Below are positions 1-8,557 of a stretch of DNA of 64,000 bases, in pieces. A program made the translations under genes and the position numbers. Positions within the stretch are counted from its first letter, which is position 1. The number at the start of each line of letters is the position of its first letter. The stretch is from a virus: IMG/VR virus record IMGVR_UViG_3300045988_125651. One strand, written 5' to 3'. The notes beneath the pieces are model-generated. The model was given only the letters and a program-made list of their open reading frames with translations. It searched no databases and was not told the origin of the DNA.

Positions 1-44
1 CCCTGCGAGGTCACTTTTAGACAATATTGCTTTTTATTTGATTG

Positions 45-81
45 TATCGCTAACAGCTTCTTTACCAAGCTGTTAGCGATA
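45..81. other. Perfect palindromic hairpin (15-bp arms, 7-nt loop) upstream of integrase
   Basis: TATCGCTAACAGCTT-ctttacc-AAGCTGTTAGCGATA read directly. No clean U-tract follows it, so it may be the terminator of an outside gene or a protein-binding/att-associated palindrome. Confidence 0.5.
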
Positions 82-313
82 TTATGCTTTGTGTAAGCTG
101 CTGCTAATAAACGAGTTACACCGTAAACGCGTACGTAAACAAGTTTATTTCACAACCTTCGGGTACACCAGTGTTTATCAGCTTTCTCGCGAATTTGGAC
201 GCTTTTTCGATTTGCAAGTTCTACCCTCGTTCTACCGCCATCAAGAAGTGTATTACCAAATACGTGATTGTTTTCCCGAAACATTATAAACATTTTAAAA
301 CAATTTGTGTACT

Positions 314-1453
314 ATGGCAATTTTGAAATTTAACATTGTTTATGACAGAAAGCACGTTACAAAGAATGGAAAGCAAGGTTCTGTTGAAATTCGCTTTTGT
401 ATGAATCGCAAACAGAAGTATTTTTCTACTGGCATTAAAGTCTTTGCCAACGAATGGGACAATCAGGCATGCAAGGTTATTCGCCATCCTGACAAAAATG
501 AATTTAACCAACGTCTCACGGCTATCCGAATCAAGGCTAACAAGATTGTGAACAAGGCCTATGACGATGAAGACAACTTCGACTTCAACTTACTCACTCG
601 TATGTTCAAAGGTGAGCCTGCCAAGAAAATTGATTTCCCTACCTATTGTGAGCAGCGCACAGTAGCACGTCGTGTATCTGAAAGCACAAAGACTCGTTAT
701 CGTGTCTTTACTCGCTTCTTGCACTCATGGGGTAAGATAATCTCTTTCTCGGACCTTACTGTTGCTAAGGTTCGTGCAATGGATGAATACTTGCATACTC
801 GAGAGATTGCACCTGCTACTATCTACAACTACCACAAGTATCTGAAACTTTTTATCAACGATGCAGTAATAGATAATCTTGTTCAAGAAAATCCGTATCG
901 TCGTCTTAGCTTCAAAATACCTCGTGGCGACAAGCAGTATGTCGATTGTCTCACTGTTGAGCAGTTCGAGGAAATCCGTTCCATTACCGTCTCCACTCCT
1001 CACCTCGCTAAGGTTCGCGACCTCTTCCTGTTCCAGTGTTACACCGGACTCGCCTATTCCGACCTTATGGCGTTTGACTTCAACGAATGCGACCTCGTAG
1101 ACGGAAAGTATCTCTACCACGACCGTCGTGTCAAGAATAGTGTAGACTTTGTTCTCCAACTCCTTCCCCAGGCAGTGGAGATACTTGAAAAGTACAACTA
1201 CAAACTTCCTCAGATAAGCAACCAGAAGTACAACGACTATCTTAAGGTTATAGGCTTAATGATAGGTGTCAATAATCTTCATAGTCACATGGGAAGAGCC
1301 ACAGCTGCCACCATGTTCCTCTCCAAGGGTATGCCTATCAACATTGTCTCCAAAGTCCTCGGGCATACTAATCTCCGTCAGACCCAACGCTATGCACGCA
1401 CTCTTAGCCGAGATGTTCGTGCTGCCTTCGACGCTCTTGAGAACAAAATCTAA
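314..1453 (+). CDS. int: Tyrosine recombinase (phage integrase)
   Basis: C-terminal catalytic signature (HSHMGRATAAT, LGHTNLRQTQRYA). The N-terminal region resembles Bacteroidetes arm-binding integrases. The first ATG is at 314, inside the TTG-initiated track ORF 305..1453. Confidence 0.9.
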   Translation: MAILKFNIVYDRKHVTKNGKQGSVEIRFCMNRKQKYFSTGIKVFANEWDNQACKVIRHPDKNEFNQRLTAIRIKANKIVNKAYDDEDNFDFNLLTRMFKGEPAKKIDFPTYCEQRTVARRVSESTKTRYRVFTRFLHSWGKIISFSDLTVAKVRAMDEYLHTREIAPATIYNYHKYLKLFINDAVIDNLVQENPYRRLSFKIPRGDKQYVDCLTVEQFEEIRSITVSTPHLAKVRDLFLFQCYTGLAYSDLMAFDFNECDLVDGKYLYHDRRVKNSVDFVLQLLPQAVEILEKYNYKLPQISNQKYNDYLKVIGLMIGVNNLHSHMGRATAATMFLSKGMPINIVSKVLGHTNLRQTQRYARTLSRDVRAAFDALENKI

Positions 1454-1460
1454 TATAATT

Positions 1461-1499
1461 AGGTAGCGGCTTAATTGTCGCTACCTATTTTTTATTTTT
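1461..1499 (+). terminator. Intrinsic terminator after integrase
   Basis: AGGTAGCG / CGCTACCT 8-bp stem (1461-1468, 1479-1486) followed by ATTTTTTATTTTT. Confidence 0.7.
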
Positions 1500-1500
1500 G
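1493..1500 (+). promoter_or_regulatory. Bacteroidetes-type -7 box (TAnnTTTG) for the lysis cassette
   Basis: TATTTTTG lies 26 nt upstream of the ATG at 1526. Confidence 0.45.
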
Positions 1501-1525
1501 CAAAAGACGAAATACCGAAAATCCT

Positions 1526-2029
1526 ATGCCTTTTAACATTAAATTTGCGAATAAAAGAATTATCATGATAGATACAAGGAGTGTTTTATACGCAATTACC
1601 GGGGCTTTCTTAGCCCTTCTCAGCCCAATTCGGGACTTCATGCTTGCCATGCTAATACTGTTTGTCGTTAATTTTTTCTTCGGATTGCTTGCAGACATAA
1701 AGTGTGGCGCGGATTGGTCTTGGCGCAAGGCAGGCATGTGTTTGGTCTATTGCTTCATCTTTTTTGCCACGGCTGCATCTATGTTTATCATCGGTCACTT
1801 CATGCACTCAGAAGAGCAAGCCCTTGCTTGTGTCAAATACGTTTGCTTTATAGCCATTGGTGTTTTTGGTACTAACATTTTACGCAATGCGCGAAGCCTT
1901 TGCACACCTGGTTCCTCGTGGCACAAGCTTGTTTCCGTGTTGTATTACATTCTTACCATTAAGTTTGTTGAGAATTTTAAATTTTTCAAGAATTCCGAAC
2001 CTGAACTTGAAAAGGAGGAGACAAAATGA
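1526..2029 (+). CDS. Holin
   Basis: Multiple TM helices (LAMLILFVVNFFFGLLADI, CLVYCFIFFATAASMFIIG, VCFIAIGVFGT) and a charged C-tail. Its stop overlaps the lysozyme start (ATGA). Two in-frame Met codons (1526, 1565) separated by K/R residues resemble a holin/antiholin dual start. Confidence 0.7.
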   Translation: MPFNIKFANKRIIMIDTRSVLYAITGAFLALLSPIRDFMLAMLILFVVNFFFGLLADIKCGADWSWRKAGMCLVYCFIFFATAASMFIIGHFMHSEEQALACVKYVCFIAIGVFGTNILRNARSLCTPGSSWHKLVSVLYYILTIKFVENFKFFKNSEPELEKEETK

Positions 2030-2583
2030 ACATAACCAAACAGCAGCTCTTACAGATTGTCCCTGATGCCGGAAGTCGCATCAATAAGTATATCAACTAC
2101 ATCAACGGCTATGCCGACACATTCCATATCGACACTCCTCTTCGTATGTGCCACTACCTCGCCCAGATTCTTCATGAGTCAGCAGAGCTTAAGTATACGG
2201 TAGAGCAAGGTCCTACTCATTACTTCGACAAGTACGATACAGGACGACTTGCTAAGATGCTCGGCAATACACCCAAAAAGGATGGCGATGGCTATAAATA
2301 TCGTGGTCGTGGCCTTATCCAGATTACAGGCCGTGCAAATTATTCCGCCTACAACAGCTCCAGCTACTGCAAAGGCGACGTTCTCCGTAATCCAGACCTC
2401 CTGGCAGAACCTCTTGGCGCAGTCAAATCTTCCATGTGGTTTTGGCTTACCCATAATCTCAACAAGTATGCCGACAAGGACGACATTCTTAAGATTACAA
2501 AGATTATCAACGGTGGCACCAATGGCCTTGACAAGCGCAAGATGTATCTCGAAAGGGCTAAGAAGGTTTTATTAAAACAGTAA
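2026..2583 (+). CDS. Endolysin, glycoside hydrolase family 19-like lysozyme
   Basis: Motifs YLAQILHESAEL and YRGRGLIQITGRANY are typical of GH19 phage lysozymes. It sits next to the holin. Confidence 0.85.
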   Translation: MNITKQQLLQIVPDAGSRINKYINYINGYADTFHIDTPLRMCHYLAQILHESAELKYTVEQGPTHYFDKYDTGRLAKMLGNTPKKDGDGYKYRGRGLIQITGRANYSAYNSSSYCKGDVLRNPDLLAEPLGAVKSSMWFWLTHNLNKYADKDDILKITKIINGGTNGLDKRKMYLERAKKVLLKQ

Positions 2584-2587
2584 GGAT

Positions 2588-3043
2588 ATGGTTACAAATG
2601 ATTATGATCCACGTGACAGAATACGCAAGACAATAGGCGATTTGTATTGGCTTATTGTAATAATAATTATGTACATAGTCCTTGTTTTGTGCTGCTCCAG
2701 CTGCTCTACCTCTAAGCCTGTAGTCCTCGAACGCACCTATCACGACACGGTACATATCAACAACCTTCGCCTTGATAGCGTCTACATGCACGACTCTATC
2801 TATTTCGAGTCCATCATCAAAGGCGACACAGTATACCGCACCAAGGAAATCACCCGTTGGCGCGACCGTGTCTCTATAAAGCACGATACAATCTACACTG
2901 TAAGAGAGAATAAGGCTGATATATCTGTTCCTGTCGAACGTAAACTATCTTTATGGAAGCAGTTCGCCGTACCTCTAATTTCGATAGTCCTTATGATAAC
3001 AAGTACAGTAAGCTTAATATGGCTTATACATCGTAGAAAATAA
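2588..3043 (+). CDS. Candidate unimolecular spanin
   Basis: Hydrophobic N-terminus ending in a lipobox-like LVLCCSSC, plus a C-terminal TM (VPLISIVLMITSTVSLIWLI). It sits directly after the holin and endolysin. Confidence 0.5.
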   Translation: MVTNDYDPRDRIRKTIGDLYWLIVIIIMYIVLVLCCSSCSTSKPVVLERTYHDTVHINNLRLDSVYMHDSIYFESIIKGDTVYRTKEITRWRDRVSIKHDTIYTVRENKADISVPVERKLSLWKQFAVPLISIVLMITSTVSLIWLIHRRK

Positions 3044-3046
3044 CCT

Positions 3047-3343
3047 ATGGGAGTCCTCTTAAAATCCATCCGCAAGATTCTCGTCGAACTTATCGACCGT
3101 ATCGATAGTGGCGAATGTGCCACTACTGACGAGCAAGAACGCATGTTCCTCGACCTCTGCACGATGATTGCCGACAAGGATCGTCGTGTCTCCAAATACG
3201 AGGCTTGTCGTTATCTCAATATGTCACGCGCCAAGTTCGACCGTTATGTTGCCGATGGTCGCATCCCTCGCGGACGTAAGACTGCCGGGTTTAAGGAACT
3301 TTCATGGAGTCTGTCTGAACTCGATTGTTGTAAGATTACATAA
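3047..3343 (+). CDS. Small helix-turn-helix DNA-binding protein (excisionase/AlpA-like)
   Basis: YLNMSRAKFDRYVADGRIPRGRK resembles MerR/Xis-type HTH proteins. It is near the integrase. Confidence 0.45.
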   Translation: MGVLLKSIRKILVELIDRIDSGECATTDEQERMFLDLCTMIADKDRRVSKYEACRYLNMSRAKFDRYVADGRIPRGRKTAGFKELSWSLSELDCCKIT

Positions 3344-3385
3344 TATTATTGTTTTTATATAAGATTTTTTTCATATGTCTTTGAG

Positions 3386-3416
3386 CCGTTCTGTTGTGAA
3401 ACAGGGCGGTTTTTTG
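3386..3416 (+). terminator. Intrinsic terminator
   Basis: CCGTTCTGTT-gtga-AACAGGGCGG stem (two G-U pairs) followed by TTTTTTG. Confidence 0.65.
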
Positions 3417-3475
3417 TTTCCGTGAGCATCGTTCTCCTCATTTGAGCATTGTTAGGCGCACCTCTATATAATATG

Positions 3476-3483
3476 TAAATTTG
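3476..3483 (+). promoter_or_regulatory. -7 box TAAATTTG
   Basis: Exact TAnnTTTG match about 43 nt upstream of the ATG at 3526. Confidence 0.4.
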
Positions 3484-3525
3484 CGTCAAGTCTCAATGTT
3501 GGGGCGAAATTTAAATCTTACTATT

Positions 3526-3585
3526 ATGTCTGAAACAAAAACTTATGTATTCGGCAATGACGGACAGTGTGGCGTGGCGGCATGA
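3526..3585 (+). CDS. 19-codon upstream ORF coupled to the next gene
   Basis: MSETKTYVFGNDGQCGVAA*. Its TGA overlaps the downstream ATG (ATGA at 3582-3585). Coding status is unproven. Confidence 0.25.
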   Translation: MSETKTYVFGNDGQCGVAA

Positions 3586-4475
3586 TGTCGCTTCTCGCTC
3601 CTCTTCTCCAGCGTAACGGTCTCGACCCTAACCTTCTTCTTGCCATGAACAAGAATAACAACGGATGGGGTGAAGGTGGTGGCTTTATGTGGGTTATCTT
3701 CCTCTTCTTCCTCATGGGTTGGGGTGGTAATGGTTGGGGTGGCTTCGGTGGCAATGGACGTGGTGCCATAGCCAACGAAATCAACAACGACTACGGACGC
3801 TCTCTGCTCATGGACGCTATCGGTGGCAACCGCAACGCTCTGTCTAATCTCGCTACTCAGCTCAACTGCACCGAAGGACAGATTCAGTCGGCTATTTCGG
3901 CTCTCACCTCACAGGTCCAGTCTGTAGGCAACCAGGTGGGTATGTCGGGTATGCAGACTATCAACGCTCTACAGCAGGGCAATATGCAGATTGCTCAGCA
4001 GCTTGCTAACTGTTGCTGCGAGAATCGTCTTGCTACCTGCCAGCAAACCAACACTCTTCAGTCTGCCATCAACAACGTGGCAACCGGACAGGAGCGTGGC
4101 TTCGCTAACGTGGCTTACGAGACCCAACGTCAGACTTGTGACTTGCACAACGCCATCAAGGATAGCACACAGACTCTCCTCGACGGTCAGAAGCAAGCCG
4201 AAATGCGCGAAATGCAGAGCAAGCTTGATGCTCTTCGTGAGGAGAACAGCACCTACAAGTCGTCTGCCATGACTTCACAGATTGTCGGTCAGGCTCTCGC
4301 TCCCGTCAACGCTGTTCTTGCAGGCTTGCAGAAGGAGGTCGCTGGCATCAAATGCAAGCTGCCTGAAACTGTAACTCTGAATTACTCTCAGGCAACCGCA
4401 GTCCCAAACTGTGTTGCTGCACAGATGGGACTTTACGGCTTTAATGCTTTAAACAACGGAGGTTTTTGGGGTTAA
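3582..4475 (+). CDS. Hypothetical membrane protein with Gly/Trp-rich and coiled-coil regions
   Basis: First ATG of track ORF 3567..4475. It has GWGEGGGFMWVIFLFFLMGWGGNGWGGFGGNG around one TM, then a Q/N-rich helical region. Confidence 0.5.
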   Translation: MMSLLAPLLQRNGLDPNLLLAMNKNNNGWGEGGGFMWVIFLFFLMGWGGNGWGGFGGNGRGAIANEINNDYGRSLLMDAIGGNRNALSNLATQLNCTEGQIQSAISALTSQVQSVGNQVGMSGMQTINALQQGNMQIAQQLANCCCENRLATCQQTNTLQSAINNVATGQERGFANVAYETQRQTCDLHNAIKDSTQTLLDGQKQAEMREMQSKLDALREENSTYKSSAMTSQIVGQALAPVNAVLAGLQKEVAGIKCKLPETVTLNYSQATAVPNCVAAQMGLYGFNALNNGGFWG

Positions 4476-5410
4476 TCCACATTGGTAGGATGAGTGTTCT
4501 TTGACTTGTTGATAAGAGATTCGTAGTCGGATAGAAACATCCATTTGTTTCCTTTATGAGTAAGTTGCAATCCTCTACAGCATAAAGAAACAGAAGAAGG
4601 ACAAAAACCATACTTCTTGGTTTCTTTCCCAGAGTTGTAAACTTTAATGAGTTTCTTTCCTTTTAATTGGCAGACTTTTGTAGAAAGCTTGCCGCTTGTT
4701 AAGGGATTCAAACTATTTTGGAGGTAGGTACACCATCTAAGGTTTAATACTCTATTGTCATATCTCTCAGTGTTAATATGGTCTACACAAGGCAGATTGT
4801 CATTGTTAGGAATAAATGCTGAGGCAACAAGACGATGGATATAAAACCTTTCTTTTGTACTATCTTTTACCAAAGTTACACCCAAATACTTACCATATCG
4901 TGACGGGATTAATAACCGTTGGCTATAAGAAGATTTAACTCTTCCCATAGAAGAAATCTCATACAAATCTTCATAGCCTGCAATAGGTTTCCATTCTTCT
5001 CCATCAATCGGTGGTATGCTGTAAAGTTTACGCGCTCTGGTCTTTCTTCTCCAATAAAGATTATTGGTTTTGCTATTATAGAAATTGCCATCTTTAGCTT
5101 CGAGTACATAATTTTTATCTACTTGTGGAAGAAAAAGCATAGCAACAAGACGAGGTACAGTGAACTTATAACCCTTGCCTTCCTTGAATAGTATAACACT
5201 ATGTGCCCTTCTTCCTTTTAGTTCATTCAGAGTCATCAGATGTGGCTCTTTATAAACACTTTGGAAACGGTTGTTGGTATATCGTCCTAAAGAAACGATT
5301 CTACCAAACGAGGAAACCTTGTACAAGTTTTCAAACCCGACAACATCACGCCATTCCTCACCATCTAAGGTGATACTTCTAATAAAATCTTGATTGTTCA
5401 TATCTGTCAA
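4472..5410 (-). CDS. HNH homing endonuclease with two NUMOD4-like motifs
   Basis: EEWRDVVGFENLYKVSSFGRIVS and EEWKPIAGYEDLYEISSMGRVKS (NUMOD4-like), plus VDHINTERYDNRVLNLRWCTYLQN (HNH). It is on the opposite strand to its neighbours. Confidence 0.8.
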   Translation of the reverse strand: MTDMNNQDFIRSITLDGEEWRDVVGFENLYKVSSFGRIVSLGRYTNNRFQSVYKEPHLMTLNELKGRRAHSVILFKEGKGYKFTVPRLVAMLFLPQVDKNYVLEAKDGNFYNSKTNNLYWRRKTRARKLYSIPPIDGEEWKPIAGYEDLYEISSMGRVKSSYSQRLLIPSRYGKYLGVTLVKDSTKERFYIHRLVASAFIPNNDNLPCVDHINTERYDNRVLNLRWCTYLQNSLNPLTSGKLSTKVCQLKGKKLIKVYNSGKETKKYGFCPSSVSLCCRGLQLTHKGNKWMFLSDYESLINKSKNTHPTNVD

Positions 5411-5537
5411 CTTTTTTTAGAACGTGTCAACTAAAGAAAAGGGAAGAGGCGTTGACATACCTCTTATCAATGAGTTAATTACTCTCATCTATCCCCAATG
5501 CAAAGTTAATAATTAATTTTTAAAGGAAGAAATAATT

Positions 5538-5879
5538 ATGACACCTATTTGGAATTATCCCTTCTCATGGGTCAACCGCCGTGGTTCCGCTGCAGTAGCT
5601 TCCACTGCCGTAGCGGTCTCTGCTACAGCTGTCACGTTCTCCTTCCGCAACCATGCTTTTGCATCGGTCAACTATCGCGGAACGGTCTTCGTTAAGCTGG
5701 CTCAGGCCATCCCTACTGGCACCACTGGCACGCTCCCTATTCTCTTCGAGACTAATGGAGCCACCCAAGCCGTCACTAAGTACAACGGTGCTCCTCTTAC
5801 CGTCGCCGACCTCCCTGGCACTGGCATCTACCAGTTCTGGTTCGAACGCGACACTAACACCCTTCAGCTCATGTCTTGA
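5538..5879 (+). CDS. Hypothetical protein
   Basis: 113-aa ORF with ordinary composition and an A-rich leader. Confidence 0.5.
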   Translation: MTPIWNYPFSWVNRRGSAAVASTAVAVSATAVTFSFRNHAFASVNYRGTVFVKLAQAIPTGTTGTLPILFETNGATQAVTKYNGAPLTVADLPGTGIYQFWFERDTNTLQLMS

Positions 5880-5918
5880 TGGGTATTGTCTAACCTATTC
5901 TAAAAGAAAGGATTTCTT

Positions 5919-6428
5919 ATGTTTAGCGGTTTGCGTACTAATAGTATTTTTTATGTGCTTGACAAGAGCAACGAGCCTAAATTGCAGATTGGACAGGTTG
6001 TTTCCGTTTCCAATCCTCAGCCTAAGTTCCCCACCTATCAGCCCGGACAGTTCTCTCCTCAACCGATGGAGTCTGTTGTTGATGTGCGTGTTAAGCTTAC
6101 CGATGGTGAAATGGATTTCAAGCAACTTCCTTCCAACGGTCAGATTGCCAACTCTGGCTCCCTTGTTGTGTCAGAGTCACGCGAGGCTATGTCTGCCGAG
6201 GTTGAGGCTATGCTCCGCCAGTCTCGTCAGATTCTCGAGAGTGTTGACTATCATCGTTCTGTCGTCTCTTCTTGCGAGTCCATGCTTGCCCAGCTCAACC
6301 CTCAAATAGCCGAGAAGAAAGCGCAGGAGCAGAAAATCTCACAACTCGAGACTAAGATGTCTGGCATCGAAGGTACTCTCTCCAATATCCAGGGTATGCT
6401 TGCTCAGGCTCTCAAACCTAAGGCATAA
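5919..6428 (+). CDS. Hypothetical protein with C-terminal coiled coil
   Basis: 169-aa ORF with heptad-like EKKAQEQKISQLETKMSGIEGTLSNIQ. Confidence 0.5.
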   Translation: MFSGLRTNSIFYVLDKSNEPKLQIGQVVSVSNPQPKFPTYQPGQFSPQPMESVVDVRVKLTDGEMDFKQLPSNGQIANSGSLVVSESREAMSAEVEAMLRQSRQILESVDYHRSVVSSCESMLAQLNPQIAEKKAQEQKISQLETKMSGIEGTLSNIQGMLAQALKPKA

Positions 6429-6466
6429 GGCATCCTTTCTCTTAGAAACTTAAAAACATTACGACT

Positions 6467-6736
6467 ATGAATTTTGTTGTTGAAATTACAGAGGATAAGT
6501 TCTCCGAACTCACCGAGAACGCCGAGAAAATGCTTCGCTATGGAGGCAAGGTCATGTCCTGTCTCGACTCTATCAAGCGTGAGCGATATGGCGAGCGCAG
6601 CCCTATGCCCGACTATCGCAGCTCCGACTATCGCAACCGCGACCAATATCACCCCCGTCCCGATTATCGCGAACGTGAAGACTTCGCAGACAACCGCAGA
6701 CAACGTGATCGTCGCGACTACGATAACGATTACTAA
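6467..6736 (+). CDS. Hypothetical protein with R/D/Y-rich tail
   Basis: Structured N-terminal half, then DYR-type repeats (PDYRSSDYRNRDQYHPRPDYRERED). Confidence 0.45.
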   Translation: MNFVVEITEDKFSELTENAEKMLRYGGKVMSCLDSIKRERYGERSPMPDYRSSDYRNRDQYHPRPDYREREDFADNRRQRDRRDYDNDY

Positions 6737-6746
6737 TGTATAACTC

Positions 6747-6781
6747 GAGGAGAGTGCAGCCCTATAGCTGTTACTCTCCTC
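6747..6781 (+). terminator. Strong hairpin after the stop at 6736
   Basis: GAGGAGAGT / ACTCTCCTC 9-bp stem with an inner CAGC/GCTG stem, followed by TTAATCCTATTT. Confidence 0.5.
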
Positions 6782-6798
6782 TTAATCCTATTTCACAC

Positions 6799-7215
6799 AT
6801 GAAATCTCGTCAATCTTTTTCACAATACGACTACCGTCCTCCCGAAATGCTTGCCTATCTCCGTCACTACGGCTATCATTTCTCGCGCCGTATGCACGAC
6901 TTCGCTGTCTCTCGTATGCGTCGCGACAACAAGCCTATCACTCCTTGGACTAAGGAGAAGGTCGAGCAAGTTATCCACAAGTACGGCATAACTCTCGAAA
7001 ACGCCATTGCCTACGACCATGTCTATGTCTTCAATATGGCTCTTGCCGATTTCTACGGTTCTTCCATCACCGACGAGCGTGCTCTTGCTCTCTTTGTCAA
7101 GGATTACGTCGATGACGAAGATCAGCCCGACGGTTTTATCTTCAATCGTTTCTATGCCGATTGTGCCCTTTCCGGCACGCCTATCCCATGGGAAGATATT
7201 TTAGACCCCTCATAG
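6799..7215 (+). CDS. Hypothetical protein
   Basis: I chose the ATG at 6799 because the hairpin at 6747-6781 occupies the 5' part of track ORF 6736..7215. Confidence 0.5.
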   Translation: MKSRQSFSQYDYRPPEMLAYLRHYGYHFSRRMHDFAVSRMRRDNKPITPWTKEKVEQVIHKYGITLENAIAYDHVYVFNMALADFYGSSITDERALALFVKDYVDDEDQPDGFIFNRFYADCALSGTPIPWEDILDPS

Positions 7216-7218
7216 CCT

Positions 7219-7608
7219 ATGCGCTCGCAGCAAATTTACCTTCATTCCTACGATTGGACGGTGCAGATATTTTATAATGTCCCTCCTTCAAGGGTCGATA
7301 CTATCCGCAGACATCTTCAAGCTCTCGCCTGTCACTCGCGTCCTCTTGAAGATGCCTGTATTCTTGTCTCTCAATCTACCCCCGATACTGCTTTTACCTA
7401 TACCAACATTTCTCTTCACCGCACCCTCATCGTTCTCTGTCCCTCTTCTTCTCCCTCTCAATTTCTCAACACCCTCACCCACGAACTTCTCCACACCACA
7501 ACTCACATATCCGATTACTACAACATTCCTCTCAACACCGAATCTCCCTGTTATCTCCTTGGTTCTCTTGCCCAGGCTTCTTATTCTATAGCGCAATATT
7601 ATTTGTAA
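7219..7608 (+). CDS. Hypothetical protein with HExxH motif (possible small metallopeptidase)
   Basis: LTHELLHTTTH contains HELLH. It lies in a pyrimidine-rich tract where several frames are open, so the frame call is tentative. Confidence 0.3.
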   Translation: MRSQQIYLHSYDWTVQIFYNVPPSRVDTIRRHLQALACHSRPLEDACILVSQSTPDTAFTYTNISLHRTLIVLCPSSSPSQFLNTLTHELLHTTTHISDYYNIPLNTESPCYLLGSLAQASYSIAQYYL

Positions 7609-7659
7609 ACTGGTTTACGTCTTTTAGTAATATTCCTTTGCTGTTTTACAGATATTTAG

Positions 7660-7667
7660 TACTTTTG
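7660..7667 (+). promoter_or_regulatory. -7 box TACTTTTG for the lipoprotein cluster
   Basis: Exact TAnnTTTG match 32 nt upstream of the ATG at 7699. Confidence 0.5.
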
Positions 7668-7698
7668 CAGCACGCAATAATAACTAATTTTAACAACA

Positions 7699-7917
7699 AT
7701 GAAAGTACTCTTTCTTTCCCTAATGTTCCTCGCTTGCGCTACAGGCGATGGTGTCTACATTTGCACCGGGCCACAATCCAAGCGCTACCACAAATCCGCA
7801 TCATGCAAAGGCTTGCGCAATTGCAGCCGAGAGATAAAACAAGTAACTCTCGAACAAGCTAAGAAGTTACACAAAACTCCATGTCATATTTGCTATAAAC
7901 ATGATCGTCAACAATGA
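7699..7917 (+). CDS. Small lipoprotein with Cys motif
   Basis: Signal plus lipobox MKVLFLSLMFLAC, then YHKSASCKGLRNC...PCHIC. Confidence 0.6.
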   Translation: MKVLFLSLMFLACATGDGVYICTGPQSKRYHKSASCKGLRNCSREIKQVTLEQAKKLHKTPCHICYKHDRQQ

Positions 7918-8207
7918 GAATATTTAAAGATTTGATTCCGCTTCTTGTTTTGTTATGTGCAAGTTGCCTTATGTTATCATGTGGAGAATCCAAAGAAGAG
8001 CTCCGTCAACAAATAGCAGAGCGAGAGGCTGTTATAACACGACAACAACAGGAAATTTCAGACTTGGAAGATAAGCTTCAACAAATAAACGAATACGCAT
8101 CTAACGCACAATCTTCAATAGATAATATGCGCGATTATGTTGACAGCTATGATTTAGATGATGCAGAAAGTGAAATAGATAATATATACAATGAATCAGA
8201 ATATTAA
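7914..8207 (+). CDS. Small lipoprotein with acidic coiled coil
   Basis: LVLLCASCLMLSC lipobox. ATGA overlap with the upstream gene. Confidence 0.6.
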   Translation: MRIFKDLIPLLVLLCASCLMLSCGESKEELRQQIAEREAVITRQQQEISDLEDKLQQINEYASNAQSSIDNMRDYVDSYDLDDAESEIDNIYNESEY

Positions 8208-8484
8208 AGTTTCAAAATTATCACTATTAGCAATAGCAATAATTGCAAGTGTTTCATCGTGTTCAAAAACCCGGCTCTCGGATTATATCTATTGTGAGCA
8301 CAATCCTATAACACATCAGAATATAATTCATACTAATTCTTCTTGTTCAAAAATTCGTTATGGATATAAGATTAAAATGACCTCGTACTACAAATATACA
8401 GAAGGTTATGATGTTTTTTGTCCTGAATGCTGCTATGAGCCTGATGTTATTAGAATAACTAAAGGCGAAAACTTACAAAAATAA
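8191..8484 (+). CDS. Small lipoprotein with Cys motif
   Basis: LLAIAIIASVSSC lipobox, with SSCSKIRYGY...FCPECC resembling the Cys motif of 7699..7917. Confidence 0.55.
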   Translation: MNQNIKVSKLSLLAIAIIASVSSCSKTRLSDYIYCEHNPITHQNIIHTNSSCSKIRYGYKIKMTSYYKYTEGYDVFCPECCYEPDVIRITKGENLQK

Positions 8485-8518
8485 GTATAATATATTTTAA
8501 TTTATACTAATTCTTAAT

Positions 8519-8557
8519 ACGCAAACTTGGTCACTAAACTAAGTTTGCGTATTTTTG
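8519..8557 (+). terminator. Terminator hairpin overlapping a -7 box
   Basis: ACGCAAACTT / AAGTTTGCGT 10-bp stem, followed by ATTTTTG. TATTTTTG (8550-8557) also fits TAnnTTTG. Confidence 0.6.

Noticed and set aside
6474-6743. Alternative-frame 89-aa ORF overlapping 6467..6736.
   Set aside because: Its translation is low-complexity (S/T/P/A/I). The other frame has a structured N-terminal half.
7277-7596. Additional open frames (plus and minus) overlapping 7219..7608.
   Set aside because: The pyrimidine-rich tract keeps several frames open. None is more convincing than the HExxH-containing frame, which is itself low confidence.
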